A stretch of DNA of 64,000 bases from the human T2T-CHM13v2.0 reference genome, Homo sapiens (GCF_009914755.1 NC_060928.1); one strand, 5' to 3'; positions 29,804-44,826 are shown, counted from the stretch's first letter. The notes: generated by a model from the sequence alone, not told the origin. Numbers and translations are program-made.

Positions 29804-31435
29804 CTAGAAGAATCTTAAAAGAGTTTATCAATTTGGAATATTTCAATATCTATTATGAGACATCCCCAAGTCCCCATATATTGCTCTGACAGAATATTAT
29901 GCTAATTAGCACAGTTAATCTCCTTTCCATCCAAGACATTTTATTTTTAATTAGTTAAAAATATTTGTGGTTATTTCTCATAGAAGAATTAAAAATAAAC
30001 TCCTTTATATATTTTAAGGTAACATTGTTTCAAAAACAATAATAGTTACATAGGTAAGTATTTCTTCATTATATCTAAAATATCATGATTGCTTTTGTTG
30101 TCAGAAATAAAACCATCCCCCTTGCTGACAACCAGTCACATTTCTTCCAGGGAAAGACTACCCACAATCCTGCAGAATTACACAGTGTGTATTAAATATA
30201 ACACAGATAATTAACTCAGAGAACTGACAGTCATTTGTTGGCATACTCAAATAAAAACTGTAGCATACCCCTCACAATCCCAACATTCTGCACTATTTTA
30301 TCATGTGTTGCGAGTTCTTGTTGTTTTTATTGGCATAATTAATTACTTGTATAACTGGAAATGTGCAGAAAACATACATGAACCATTCATCAGAACTTGC
30401 ATCACACATTACTTTTTAATACACTCATTCAGGAGATATGTAGTGAAGACCACAGAAGACAGATACTAGAAGAGTTTTTTGTTTTTTCACAGTTTGCTCA
30501 AAAAAGAAACTAGAGCATTTGAAATGATGGTCTTTTAAAATATGTTAACATTATAGGTCAGAAAGTCTGAGGCTAATCTTTTATCTCCTGCAAGGGTTTT
30601 GTGATTAAAGGAGAAATAACTACTTGATATTTTTTTCTGGTCTTATAAGATTGGGTTTATATTCCCAAATAATATCGAGGAAGAAACAGCCTTTAAAGGA
30701 TTTAATCTAGAGAAGTAAATCAAAGAACTGAAGTTCAACTTAAATGGTCGATTGAATTTGAGATATCTAAGTCTAATCTTAATTCTGGTGTAGATCTCTT
30801 AAGGACAAGACCACATAAGTATTCTTAAATGTTATACAATATCTATGTTTAATGACTATATTCACTAGAATTTTAAAGATTCAAGATATTCTCATAATAT
30901 TTAAAACATTTTTAAAAATATAACTTTCTATAGTGGCAGAATATATTATCCAAAGATGTTATATTCTATTAAATTATTTCCTAAATATTAATAGATGGTA
31001 CGCAAAAATGTATTCTGTGTCAAATATGCCTGGAAAATCTTGATAGAAAGTATTGATTTTTTTTTCACTGCAGGACTTATTAGAGTCTTGAAATGTTAAT
31101 GAGTATAGTGAATTTCCAAGAAAAGAAAAGATATAACATGCAGTGCTTCATCAGCTAGGATACTCAGTCCTAGTTCTCTTAACTCTATAATCCTGCCTTC
31201 TGCAACAGGTAAAGGGTTCTAAGTTGAAATGATGCTGCTTCCAAGTACAGCCAAATTCTCTAAAACAATCTGAGAGTTACATTCTCATGTCTTACCAGGA
31301 ATTCTAGGTACAGAGAATACTTGTTGGAATCCGAGTTATGGATCCTAACTGAAATTAACTTCAGTTATTTATGGACCTATAGAGCATTCATTCATCCTAT
31401 GTGGGATTGACTCCTCATTTTTGGGGGTGTCCTTC

Positions 31436-32044
31436 TGTTTTAATTACCCCTTATGTGCCCCATCAGGGAGGGAGGAGTTCCTGTCATATGGTTATGGGGA
31501 GGGCCAAATACACGACAGCCAACACTGGTTGGACAAACTCAACAATTGTGCATGAGCTCACAGCCTGTGTGGGAGGGCACTCCATGCCATGCAGGACCAC
31601 ATGGGGGCTGAGCTTGAGAGCAGAGGGAACAGCAAGGGACTGGGGGAGGCAGATTTTGCAGTATCAAGAAGATGAGGTGCCCCTTGGTTCCCACAGGAGT
31701 ATGCGATTGGCTTGTTTGAATAATTTTGCAGGCTGGCAAAGAACTGAAACCCACTACTCAGGGATAAGCAGGAGCTGTGCCTGGGCCCCTTGGTAAGAAG
31801 GGTTGCTTGGCTAGGCCCTTATCTGCAGAGCACAGTCAGAAAGGAAACTTGCAGTTAGGCTATTCAAGGCCCACCTGGCAACACACGTCAAGGCAACACA
31901 TAACACTGAATCTTGATCTGGGCCTTCCACCACATCCCCTTTCATCCACACCCAGTGCAGGTGGTTGGATAAGGCTTATCCAACCCCTAGAACCAGACGA
32001 GGACGGGTGGCCTTGGTGTAAATGTCTCAAAGCCCCCACCCACA
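31436..32044 (-). mobile_element. ERVL solo LTR, MER54/MER74-like
   Basis: GC-richer block beginning 'tgttttaattacccc...agggagggaggagttcc...gttatggggagggccaaatacacgaca' and ending 'cccaca'. Confidence 0.55.
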
Positions 32045-32129
32045 GAGATTAGTTCAGGAATAAATTTGTCAGCCAATTCATGCCAATTAAAGCCAAACTG
32101 AGAATTGTGTAAGGGTACTATAGGAAAGA

Positions 32130-32425
32130 GATATGCTATTTTCTGATGAAGTAACTGCTCTCAGTGAGAGTGATGTGAGCCTGGTATTCTGAAGGACCTG
32201 ATGCAGAGCCTGAAAATGAAGCCACCATGTGAAAAGCAGGGCCTAGAAATGGACACGGAAATAGAACAAGGTCAGCTGACCTTGCTAAATCTGTATCCAG
32301 TCATCCCTGAAACCTCTCTACATCTGGACTTTCCAGGCATGTAAAACATTCCTTTTCCATTTCTGATTAAGCTGATTTGAGTTGAATTTTGTCACCTACC
32401 ATTTTAGTAGTTCTTACTGATATGT
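32130..32425 (+). mobile_element. Old MaLR LTR (MLT1J/K-like) 3' part
   Basis: 'atgaagccacc...ctggactttcca...ttaagctgatttgagttgaattttgtcac'. Confidence 0.6.
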
Positions 32426-33624
32426 GAACTAAACTGAGTTAATGCCTGCACACCTATAATGAATGGTTTTGCATGAGGACCACTTCACCACGTTACTTCT
32501 GGCAATATTTTAGAGAAACTCTGCAGTTTCCTCACTCATAACCTGAACCAAATTATGGTTCCCTTTCCACGTCACCTCATTAGATATCTCTTTAAATAAT
32601 GTTATTGCTATACAAGCTAAAGCAGCATTACCACTACTACAAAATAAACAATCTTTGATGGCCACCCGCACAAAAAAAATAAGAACATAATGAGAAAGAA
32701 ATGAAGGATAACTACCGTGGCATGAGTCCCTTTTAGAAGATAGTAGTCGATTTGATCAATTCATAGTCAATCCACAAATCTCTATCATAACTTAAATAAA
32801 TATCATAAAATCTTTTAAAACACCCTCAGCTCAATACTATGAAATGAGAAATGATTTTTCAAACTCTGAGCAGGCAGGTGGCACTTTTTGTTCATAAAGA
32901 AGAAGCACATGTGGTACAGGGAAGGACAAATAAAATGTGATGACTATTGCTCAACAAATAACTTGGAAACACAAGTAAATCAAATGTTAGAACTTGTATT
33001 TCCAACTTTGAATGTTTTCTTAAAGAAAACATGAGCAGAATTATCAACAACATCTACACAGTCTTTGGTATATTCACCCAGATAAATCCTGCAACTCACA
33101 GCCACTCCGCAGTGACTTGAAGCAGCAGAACTACTCTTAACATTTACACTTGCTTGATGAGAAGATGTTGAAATACTCACAAGTACACTTACTAAATAAA
33201 AGAAATGGCAGTGCTCACCGGCTACCTCCAAATGTTGACAAGGGACACAGAGGTACATGTGGCAGATGCTTTCAAAATGCTAAGTTGTACATGAAAGAAA
33301 ATGAAGCCAGATTTCTAGTGTTTCTTTATGCATCTTGATCTACATTGGCTTATCTATCAGAAATACAGTTTATAAATATAAAAGAAAAAATATGCTGTCA
33401 GAAAGCAATTAATAGAGATTAATCTGAATTTAGAAAGTAACAGTATCAGATGACAAGGAACCTTAAGGCCTGACTTAGTCATTCCTTAATATTTTACTCT
33501 GGTGATTATGAGCACTGAATCAGTAACTTATGAAATATATTAATCTGCTAATTTTGTCATTTCCTTGATGAATGTGAGAGAATTTCAAAGGGAGATTATG
33601 AAGGCACTCACATATACTTTGTCA

Positions 33625-34000
<376 letters not shown>

Positions 34001-35276
34001 TATATATACATATATATACACACAGCACATATAACTTTTAAAATACATTTTAAGTATTAGAAGCCTAATTCATTAATAGCACTATAGAGAGAGGAGTGAA
34101 ATTTTTCAAGGACTGTTTATAGGTGCAAGCTATGTAATTAATGTAATCTAAAAGCTATAAAATGGGAGGATGAATGGGAACTATTCAAAATGTACCCTTG
34201 TTTGGCCTGTAACTTCATTTCTCTCCCTTCATGCATTTGAGCTCACAGAAGGTGGAGGTTATACAGGCTTGGAGTGAAGAACTGTGATGAGGAAATCCCT
34301 ACTGATTCCCTTTAACACTCATTTACAACCAAAAGTCTCTGAATAGTTATTTTTTTTTCTTCACAGAATGAGAGTTTCATAATACATAAAAGCCCTTTTT
34401 TCTTTCCTTTTTTTTTTAATTGAGTAAAAGTGCTAGCCCATGATGTTAGCCAGTAATTCAGTTGGTATGTTTGAAAAAAATCCTCTGACTTCACAAACTT
34501 GTAAGCCGGTATTTATAAGATAATATGTAAAGTGAAAATGTGCCTGTTGTATGAAAGCTAACTGACTTGTCTCAAGTATAGAGCTGATTGGAAGGTACTG
34601 TTTATTGGTTGAATTGCTATATTATATTAAAACCTATACTGTATAAGAGTCACCATTTAATAGTAACACCACATTCTTTCAATTTTCTAGAAACAATTCA
34701 ACTTTATATTTTTGTTACAAATAAGATGTTTGCACTCAATTTTTATATCAGTATTGCTGTTGGATTAACTATTACATTTTTCTCAAGTAAGGCTATTGTA
34801 AACCTGGGATCAGATCCAGCAGTCTTTCTGTGTTTAAATCTGGAACAACATTACTGTGATACAAATGAATGGCTTCCACCTAGATTAATTATGTTTGAGC
34901 TGCAAATGAATGCATATGCTGTATCTATGAATTTGCAAATACAAAGCAGGGGCTCCCTCTGCATAGCCATCTGTGCATTGCTTTTGTCTCTGGGATTTTT
35001 TAATATAGATAATAAAGCCTAATCCTCTTTAAAATCAGGAGAAGATAATTGGAATATGAGGCTAACCACATGTAATGCAATGATATTATTTCCTAACTAC
35101 TCATAACTTTGAAATAATAGTAGTAATAGCAGTAATAAATGTGTTTTTTATGAAACAGTCTACTATTAGGCCACAATTTAAAAGTTATAAAAATATTAAA
35201 TATTATAATTGCAAGTGAAAAATTATAGCAAAGTCCCTAAACTGAGGACACATTGAAAATATCACAAACTAAGCAA

Positions 35277-35526
35277 TCTTTTTTTTTGAAACAAGGTGCT
35301 GCTTGACCTCATGGGCTCAAGCAATCCTACCTCAGCCTCCCGAGTAGCTAGGATTAAAGGCACAAGCCACTGTCCATGGCTAATTTTTGTGTGTGTATGA
35401 TTGTTTTGTAGAGACAGAGTCTTGCTATGTTGCCTAGACTGATCTCAAACTCCTGGCATCAAGCAAACCTCCTTCCTTGGCCTCCCAAAGTATCAGGAAT
35501 ACATGTTTGGGCCACCATGCCTGGCC
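35277..35526 (-). mobile_element. AluJ with internal deletion
   Basis: Antisense Alu missing about 45 nt of the right arm. Confidence 0.88.
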
Positions 35527-35699
35527 AGTTGTGCAATCTTCTTGTTACATTTGGGCCACTGAAGAGATAAAATGCAAAAAGAATTCTGAATGTGTGTCCT
35601 AAGAATGAGAAGAGTATATATTAATTACGTCAGATATCTACTGTCAGCACCAAATAGCTGACTTCTGCACATGAATCAACCAATAGCCTAGCTCTGCAT

Positions 35700-35935
35700 G
35701 TGCTCATCCTCAACTCCAATGACAGGTACTTTGTCTTCATTTCCACAGCCCATCCCAGGATTCTGCCTCCAAGCTGCTGCATCAAATCTCTCCTGAGTTT
35801 CTAGCCCACCTCCTTGCCCTGTGGATTTCAAACTCAAGACTGCAGTATCAGTTCCCAACTTAGTTTCCAGCCTGCTGGTCCACCGTACAGATTTCAAACT
35901 TCTAATACTCCACAATCACAGAAGCCAGGTCCTTA

Positions 35936-35969
<34 letters not shown>

Positions 35970-36440
35970 GTCTCATCAGGCTGCCAATACAAATACCATA
36001 GATTGGGTGGCTTAAATAATTGAAATTTATTTTCACATAGATTTGGAGACTGGAAAGTCCAATATCAAAGCTCTGGAAGAGGTCAATTCTTGGTGAGGGT
36101 TCTCTTCCTGGTTTGCACATGGCACCTTCTCACTGTCTCATCACAAGGAGGAGAGAGAGCAGCCTCTCTGGTGTTCCGTCTTGGAAGAGCTCTTAATCCC
36201 ATCAAGAGGACTCCACCTTCACGACCTCATCTAAACCTAATTACCTACCAAAGGACCCAACTACAAATACCACCACATAGAAGGTTAGGGCGTCAACATC
36301 TGAATCAAGGGAAGTGGGCACAATCTAGTCCATAGCACAGCATCTCTCTCCCCGCCTCTCTCTCTAGATGAATAGGCAGATAGACAGATACATCAATATC
36401 CTATTGTTTCTGTTTCTCTGGAGAACCCTGAACCCTACAT
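35700..36440 (+). mobile_element. MLT2 (ERVL) LTR, interrupted by MLT1A
   Basis: 'gatttcaaactcaagactgcag...gtttccagcctgctgg' and terminus 'tcctattgtttctgtttctctggagaaccctga'; (GT)n at 35938-35966. Confidence 0.75.
35963..36336 (-). mobile_element. MaLR LTR, MLT1A-like
   Basis: 'tgttagtc...ggctgcc...aaataccatagattgggtggcttaaa' to 'agtccatagca'. Confidence 0.85.
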
Positions 36441-36520
36441 CTCTTGCATTTTATCATCTCTGAAATCCAAATTCCATAATGGCATCCTCTGACCAAATCA
36501 GTCCTTCAAAGTCATTCACA

Positions 36521-36817
<297 letters not shown>

Positions 36818-38212
36818 TCATTCACTTTCTTACTGCCATTCCAGCCGCTCTTCATCTTCAGCGAGACCTCCAATCCCTAGGCCACTTTACTTTGTGCAAA
36901 ATGATCAACTGCCATCCAGCTTCAGTCCACCTTCAGCTGGGTACTCAATGCTGCCATCGTCACTTTCTCAGAAGTTACTCCAGATTTTCACCTCACTCTT
37001 CAAATCACTAAAGTCATCAATGGCTTTCATTTTGCCCAACCAATCAGTACTTTTCTGTTCTCATTTTAAGATTTTTTTGCCTTTTTACTCTATTGATTAC
37101 CCTGTGTCCCTTCACATTACATTTGCAATAAATATATTTTAAACAGTATGTGAAGATTACTTTTACTACAATATGTGTGCTACAAGAATGCCATGGCACT
37201 CCATGGCCACTTATCTTACTTGGCACTCCAGTGACTACCACAGTTTCTGGTCAGTAGCAGATGGTTCATAAAATCTTGTTGAATGAATAAGCCCTCTCAT
37301 GAAGAAACATTCTATGTAGATTGACAATGACAGTCAAATGACAGGGTGAAAGAAAGGGATTTTTATTAATGTACAAAGTGGAGGAAATACTGAGGCCAAA
37401 GTATTTACTTAAGGGTAATTCTGCCTCCTTTTATCTTCAATAAGTGGCAGCAAAGAGTTCATGCAGCCTTTACGAAAGATGAAGTGGAGATGCCAAACAC
37501 TCCGTTCCATCCTACAAATTGAGCAAAGGATCCATAAGCTTTCGTGTAGAATGAATCTTGTAATAAAAGTAACCATCTCATATTTTTAAAAATCCATTCT
37601 CAGCATGCGTGATGTCTAGAGACACAGCCCGCTTAGTGGGAGGCTTGACAGGAAACAGCAGATCTCAATTGTAGTTCTGATTCTGGCTAATTTGCTGTGC
37701 TTTCTAAGAGAAGTTCGTTAACTTTCTTAGAATTCAGTTTCATTACTTGTGAAAACATTGGATTTGATTATTTCGAAGGTCTCTTTGAGCTCTAAATTTC
37801 TATGCTAGTCTGATGAGATTTAAATTTTTAAAAACCTTACTTGTTACTCATTCTTTAAAAATGTAAAAATTACCATACAGCACTTTTTCTTGCCAAAAAA
37901 AGTTTCTTTGTCAGCATTTCAAGATGCTTAGACATAAAGCTTTATACATCCTAATGCAAAAAACTGCTAATTTTTCAGTCACTTAAATCTTTCTAGTCTT
38001 CATAAAGACTAGGCTGTATTATTTATTATTTTAGTGGGACTAGTGATGAATAATGTAAACTAAGTCTTTAGAGTTGGGATGCATTTTACCTAAGTTTTTC
38101 TTCTTAAATTGGATGTTACAGGGATTTATGCTAGATTATTATATGAAACTAAAACAATGCAAATACAGGTATATAACATCTATTAGCACCTTGTATTTAT
38201 AAAAAACTTACT

Positions 38213-38567
<355 letters not shown>

Positions 38568-39059
38568 TTAATCTTCTAAATTGAGGATTAACATTACAAC
38601 CACAATTAATACATGGTGCATTTCAGCACTGCATTTCCTTTCAGATCTAAAAGTTGCACACTATAAAAAACAATCCCAATACAAAAAAGAATTCTAAACC
38701 TTCATAGACAGAAAGTTATTATAAGCAATATTTAATAGTTATATTTTACAAGTATGTTGAAATTAAAAGTCAGAACAGAATATCAAATGTCACATTTCAT
38801 AATCTTGATTCAACTCTCTTAGTCCCTTTTCCCCCATTTGTCAAATAAAGGGCTTAGATTCATTGATTTGAGAAAAAATATTTTATAACTCCATGAGGAG
38901 AGGAGGGTAATTAATAAATGACATGGAATTTAAGCTAGACCTGAAATGCATAGGGTTGTCACAGGAGAAGAAAGAGAGGCAGGACTCCCAGGCAGAAAGT
39001 CCAGCTCACAAGTAAAAAGACTAGCCACCAATTGGAGAAGTTACTGGCAATTCATGTAA

Positions 39060-39895
39060 CTAACAAATGAATTAGATACAATAATATATAAAGAATTCCT
39101 ACTAATTAATAAGAAAATAGGCAAAAAAAGAAATTTTAAAAGGATATAAATAATTCAGTGATGAAGCCAAATGCTCAATAAATGTATGAAAAGATAATTT
39201 CATTTTTAAGTAGGGAAATGAAAAAGAATGCAATAGTGAAAAACATATCCATCGGATTAATAAAACTTAAAAATATTTTATAATATCATTGACGAGGTTG
39301 TGGAAAAATAGAAAACTTGCACACTTTGATGAAAAGATAAATTTATTAAAAATACCCTGGAGGGAAATAGAGCAATGTCCCAGTGAAGCTGTAGATACGC
39401 ACAACATTTAAACTTCCAGGTGCATACTCTCCTAGAGAAACGGAGCACACGTGCATAAGCAGACAGATGGTGGGATATTAAAATATGGTGTTTGTAATGT
39501 GAAACATTGGACACAGGCCTAACAGCTCATCAGAAAAAAAAGAATGGATAATGAACTGTGGTATACTCCATCAACAGCTTAATACACGGCACTTAAAAGG
39601 AATGAATCAGGGATCTACGCATTAACATGGTGAAAACTCAAAAATAGAATACTGAGCAAATAAATGCAAATTAAATAATAATACACATATTCTCATCATA
39701 TTTTTAAAAACACTGAAAATATACAAAATGTTACATTATATTTATGGATAAATTATACAGTAATAGTTCAAATGTATATGTGAAATTAATAAATGCTCTA
39801 ATGATATGAATGTATCAGGATATGAATGGAGGGAAGGAAGGTAACCAGGGAAGGGTAGCCAAGGTACAATACTTTCTGTAATATTTTATGACTTT
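39060..39895 (+). mobile_element. Old L1ME-type ORF2 end / 3'UTR fragment
   Basis: 'aaagaattcctactaattaataagaaaa', 'gacgaggttgtggaaaaatagaaaac', 'aatggataatgaactgtggtatac'. Confidence 0.7.
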
Positions 39896-39896
39896 A

Positions 39897-40190
39897 GGCC
39901 GAGCATGGTGGCTCATACCTGTAATACCAGCACTTTGGGAGGCTGAGGCAGGTGGCTCACTTTGAGCCCAGGAATTTGAGACCAGCCTGGGAAACGTAGT
40001 GAAACCCTGTCTCTACAAAAAAATACAAAACATTAGCGTGGCGTGGTGGTGTGCACCTGTAGTCCCAGCTACTCAGGAGGCTGAAGTGGGAGGATCACTC
40101 GAGCCTGGGACATCAAGGCTGCAGTGAGCCATGATCACAGCACTGCACTCCAGCAGGGTGACAGAGTGAGACATTCTCTCAAAAACAAAA
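39897..40190 (+). mobile_element. AluJ
   Basis: Full Alu with J-type right arm. Confidence 0.92.
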
Positions 40191-40397
40191 GGAGTTGTTA
40201 CGGTAAACACTACATGGTTTTCCTCCTACACGCCTGTAAAATGTCACCTTTGATTAATAAGCAAGGATACAAGGGAGTAACACTTCGCTGCATTTAAACC
40301 AATCAGTAAAAGAAGAGATAAAGTCATTTCCATTTTGCTGCGTTCAGAAAATAATTTTCCTACCAAAAATAAGACTCTTGTCTAAAACAATACTAAC

Positions 40398-40429
40398 CTG
40401 GACAAAATGTGGCTGGTGGCTTCATGAAT
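40398..40429 (-). other. Candidate 32-nt exon
   Basis: Minus strand: ctctaatctttgctattag|ATTCATG...TGTCCAG|gttagt. Confidence 0.22.
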
Positions 40430-40836
40430 CTAATAGCAAAGATTAGAGATTCCTTTGAAATTGATAAATTATCAGATTTATGTATGATGCTTCCACATTT
40501 ATGTTTAGGTAAAAAATGGAAAGACTTTTTTAAGAGAAAACCAAGGGTTAAAATTGAGTTATTCTATAGAAACATGTTATTTTAAAACATAACTTGTAAT
40601 CATTTAAATAGCTGAATCCCAACAATTTTAATTTACAAAATTATTTATCTTGTAAGTAACTATGATTATTTTCCCTAGACTTCCAACTGCACTTTCAACT
40701 AGATGTTCAGATATTAGCTAGTGCCAACATTTCGTATTTATAAAATCGCATGCACTCTGTTGCCATTTAGCGTAGTGAATACCCATTTGTAAACAAAGTG
40801 GTGATACATTATGATAGCCAAAGGGCAAAGCTTTAC

Positions 40837-40929
40837 CTGAACAGAGATTCATCATCTTTTAATGCAGCACAGCTTGCTACTTGCAATATCATCAAGCACT
40901 CTGAAAGGTTCTTGTCAGAGATTGATGAC
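40837..40929 (-). other. Candidate 93-nt exon
   Basis: Minus strand: tgattgtttag|GTCATC...TGTTCAG|gtaaag; one frame open throughout; lies in repeat-free sequence. Confidence 0.28.
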
Positions 40930-42327
40930 CTAAACAATCACTGAAACTTAATAACAGCGTTAACAACTGCAGGTCGATCTCACACACCACAAAATAGTGC
41001 TTGTGTTTTTCTCCATGCTTATTTTTAGCCAAGTTATATCAACATTTTGACCAGAGAAAATGTTGGACCAAGTTACAATTTTTTATTATTCCGTATTAGT
41101 AATCATAGACGGCATAGAGGTTGCTGTATTAGCAGTACCACAGCAAAAATAATTCACTTGCAAAGCAACTACAAAACATTATGCAACAATTCATTAATGG
41201 GTTTATCCAGGTAGCTTTACATTGACTCTGTGACACACGGAAAGCACTAAATGGAAATCTAGAGAGAAAATAATATGATGCTGGCCAGTATGTTTTAATG
41301 GTAATTATGTCCAAAAAGTTTATGAAATATTTTATTCATGCCACTGCTAACATATACCTATGAGATAACTGTATCAAAAAAGATGATTTTCTGGTTGTCT
41401 TTTTCTTTTTCCAGAAAATGTTTTGTTTCCTATTATCAATTTGATAGTTTGATGAAAGCATATTTTGCTGGAAGGTACCTCTACTCGAACTAAAAAAAAA
41501 AGTCCATGTATATTTTATGTCGCTGATTTCAATAATTTCACTGAGAAGTATTAGAAGTAATGGTGTGACTCCTACGAACCAAGCATTATTAGTTAAAGAC
41601 ACAACTTCTGCAATGCTCCAAAAGCAACTGAACTGTAAACACCATGGATGATTCACAATCAGTTCATAACTTACTATTTTTATCCTTTTTCAGAGCTCTG
41701 TGCATGTACATAAAATTCAAGAGCACAACTGAATAAAATACAAATCACTGAGTGACTATTTAAAATTTAAATTTTGTTGTGAGCATTATCAACAAAGGCG
41801 GGCCATTAAAAAGGTTATTTCTTTACCGGTGAATTAATGATACAAGGACAACCAGTGTAAACTATTCTGCAGACAGGCCAATAATGAAAACATAGCTAAA
41901 GCAGTAAAGCTTGCCAACTACTGATGAGACTCAGGAGAAATTTCTTAACAGATGTTTCCCTGAGCAAATATATACTTTGCCTACTCTGATTATGATGGCC
42001 TTGAGAATTCGTGATTTGATTCAACACTCAGCTACTCTTCAGCAGCCTCATAAAAATATGATTCGTACAAAGGATATATTCTATATTTTCCCTTCCTAAG
42101 AACCAATATCTAACATATTTATAGTTCTCAGTCCCATATGGTGAAGCAGTGGTCCAACAGCACTGTTTATAACACTATAATTAAGGTTGTGTCAGCATTT
42201 TATTATGAAAGGAAGGAGGCGAAGCCTTTTTGGATTTTTTCCTGTTTTCATTTTATAAGCTTCCCTTAGTTGAGTGCCCACTGACTGCAATAATCTGCTT
42301 TGACCTTTCATTTGCTTCCTGCTAAGA

Positions 42328-42650
42328 TTTTTTTTGTTTTGTTTTTGTTTTTGTTTTTATTTTTGTTTTGAGACGGAGTCTCGCTCTGTAGCCCAGGCTG
42401 GAGAGCAGTGGTGCGATCCGGGCTACTGCAACCTCCGCCTCCCAGGTTCAAGCGATTCTCCCACCTCAGCCTCTGGAGTAGCTGGGACTACGGGCGCCCG
42501 CCACTATGCCCGGCTAATTTTTGTATTTTTAGTAAAGACGGGGTTTCACCATGTTGGCCAGTCTGGTCTCCATCTCCTGAGCTCAGGTGATTGGCCCAAC
42601 TCGGCCTCCCAAAGTGCTAGGATTACAGGCGTGAGCCACCGCACCTGGCC
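42328..42650 (-). mobile_element. AluS
   Basis: Antisense Alu with (TTTTTG)n tail. Confidence 0.93.
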
Positions 42651-42763
42651 GAAAGAGACAAAAAAAAAAAAAAAAGCAAAGCAAAACAAAAAAACAGGAA
42701 ATTGTTCCTGATAGATACTTTAACCTTGCAGGTTCATGTCTAATCATTATTATATTCTGCAGA

Positions 42764-43086
42764 TTTCTTTCTTTCTTTCTTCTTTTTTTTTTTTTTGAGG
42801 CGAAGACTTACTCTGTTTTCCAGGCTAGAGTGCAGAGTGCAGTGGCGCAGTCTCGGCTCCCTGCAACCTCCGCCTCCCAAGTTCAAGTGATTCTCCTGCC
42901 TCAGCCTCCCAAATAGCTAGGATTACAGGTATGCACCATGATGCCCGGCTAATTTTTTGTATTTTTAGTAGAGACGGGGTCTCACCATGTTGGCCAGCCT
43001 GGTCTCGAACACCTGACCTCAAGCGATCTGCCTGCCTCAGTCTCCCAAAGGGCTGGGATTACAGGCATGCGCCACTGTAGCCGGCC
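42764..43086 (-). mobile_element. AluS
   Basis: Antisense Alu; internal 'gagtgca' duplication. Confidence 0.93.
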
Positions 43087-43334
43087 AAGACTTCTTTCTA
43101 GAAGGAACATGAGCAGGAAAATATTGGGGAGGTTTATGATAGCAATAAATGTATACAGAGAAGAGTGAGGGGGTCACAATTGTTGAGTCTCATTATAATG
43201 CCTATCTTGGGCATCTCTGCATTTTTACTAATATCTATTTGTGTGTATTAAAGCCCTAGTAGTTTTAATCCTTTCTTTCTAAAAATCTTCCATTGTCTAA
43301 TTTTGTATGCAATGAGAAATATTAAAATATGCAC

Positions 43335-43482
43335 TTACTAGTTGTGGGACTTTGGGCAATTTGTTTAATTGCGCCTCAACCTCAAATTCCCTGAGTATTG
43401 AATGTAGATAGTAAGAATATCTACTTCATCAGACTGCACGGAAATTAATCATGCATGTGTTCATGCTCAGTGCCTGGCATAG
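43335..43482 (+). mobile_element. MIR fragment
   Basis: 'cacttactagttgtgggactttgggcaatttg...cagtgcctggcatag'. Confidence 0.6.
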
Positions 43483-43991
43483 GATTTTCACCCATATCCT
43501 CTCCATCCTTACCTACTATGGCTCCATTTTAGTTACCACCAAGGTCTCCCCATTCTGCAGCTGCCTGGCTTAAAGTGCGGGTATCGAACTCTCTACCCAA
43601 AGCCAATCCTTTTTAAACATTCTAAACTGTTCTTTTTTCTTTGTATTCTAACACAAGCTACAAATTAACCACATCATGGTTAATTTGATGAATACATTAT
43701 CCTCTAAGATTAATAAATTATCCTCTAGGCTCTATGAAGGGGAAAGACCAAGTCTATTTTACTGACACGGTGCCTCATGCCTGGCATAGAGGTATGTGTT
43801 TCATAAAATATTAGTCTTTAGCTATCAAATAGTTACGACATTATGCACAGTTACACAACTACTTAAATGAGAATAATTCATCTTTGAAACTAAATTCAAT
43901 TTCTGATAAGGCTTGTAAGTGAAAAAAACAAACTGGTTCTGATTTTTTTTATCTTAACAGCTTTTACATGAATCATATTAGAACACTCCAC

Positions 43992-44135
43992 TTTCTTTTC
44001 CTTTTTTTTTTTTAATGCAGAGACAGTGTCTCTCTATGTTGCCCAGGCTGGTCTTGAACTCCTAAGCTCAAGCAATCCTGCTGCCTCAGCCTCCCAAAGT
44101 GCTGGGATTGCAGGTGTGAGCCGCCGTGCCCAGCC
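43992..44135 (-). mobile_element. FLAM / Alu left monomer
   Basis: Single antisense monomer with T tail. Confidence 0.88.
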
Positions 44136-44826
44136 AATACTCACACTAAAACTGAGAGACATGTACTGTTACTATCAAGATGTACTAATCAAGTTGCCTA
44201 AACACAGTGAATGGCAGAAAACCTAAAATCCGAGAAACCTTGAGCCAAAGAAGAATTCAGCACACCTCTCTACACTGCCTTGTCATAGCTTGGATGTGTT
44301 ACTAAATGCCTTTTATTGCTAAACCAAAATTGTCCCCACCCCTGCTCACTCCTAATTTATATCTGCAGGATCTCCAACACTACAGTGGCATCTCTTTTCC
44401 AGCTCTTTTTAAAAGAATAATTGCGTTTGCATAATTAAAAAGAAGAGGTATCTGGCTGACTAATATTTTCCACTTATATTTTGAATATTATGCATTTTTA
44501 GGTCACCTAAAAATATGAACCAACAATTTCTTGTACAATTTACTGAGAGTCCAGTGATGATTTGGCTGTACCCAAAATTTATCAATGGCAAATAACCAAC
44601 GGAACAACCTTTCACCAGAATGTTGCAATCACTAGCACATATTCTAGGCTTTATTAATCAGGTATTTTTTTTCATTTGTATTCTCAAATTTGACAGGCAA
44701 CAGATTCAATAACATAACCTCTAGAAAACTAGCATTAGTACATTGTTATCCCAGAATCTAAATATTTCATTGTGTCCTGATAGACAAGAACATTCAGGTC
44801 TTTCAAGTCAAGGATTTCCCTCTTAC

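Noticed and set aside
34588-35022. 144-aa plus-strand ORF in unique DNA
   Set aside because: Non-ATG start, AT-rich composition, no recognisable homology or splice signals.
41129-41314. Peptide KATWI resembling the CACNB2e N-terminus
   Set aside because: Only five residues, no initiating Met in place, and the flanking sequence does not match.
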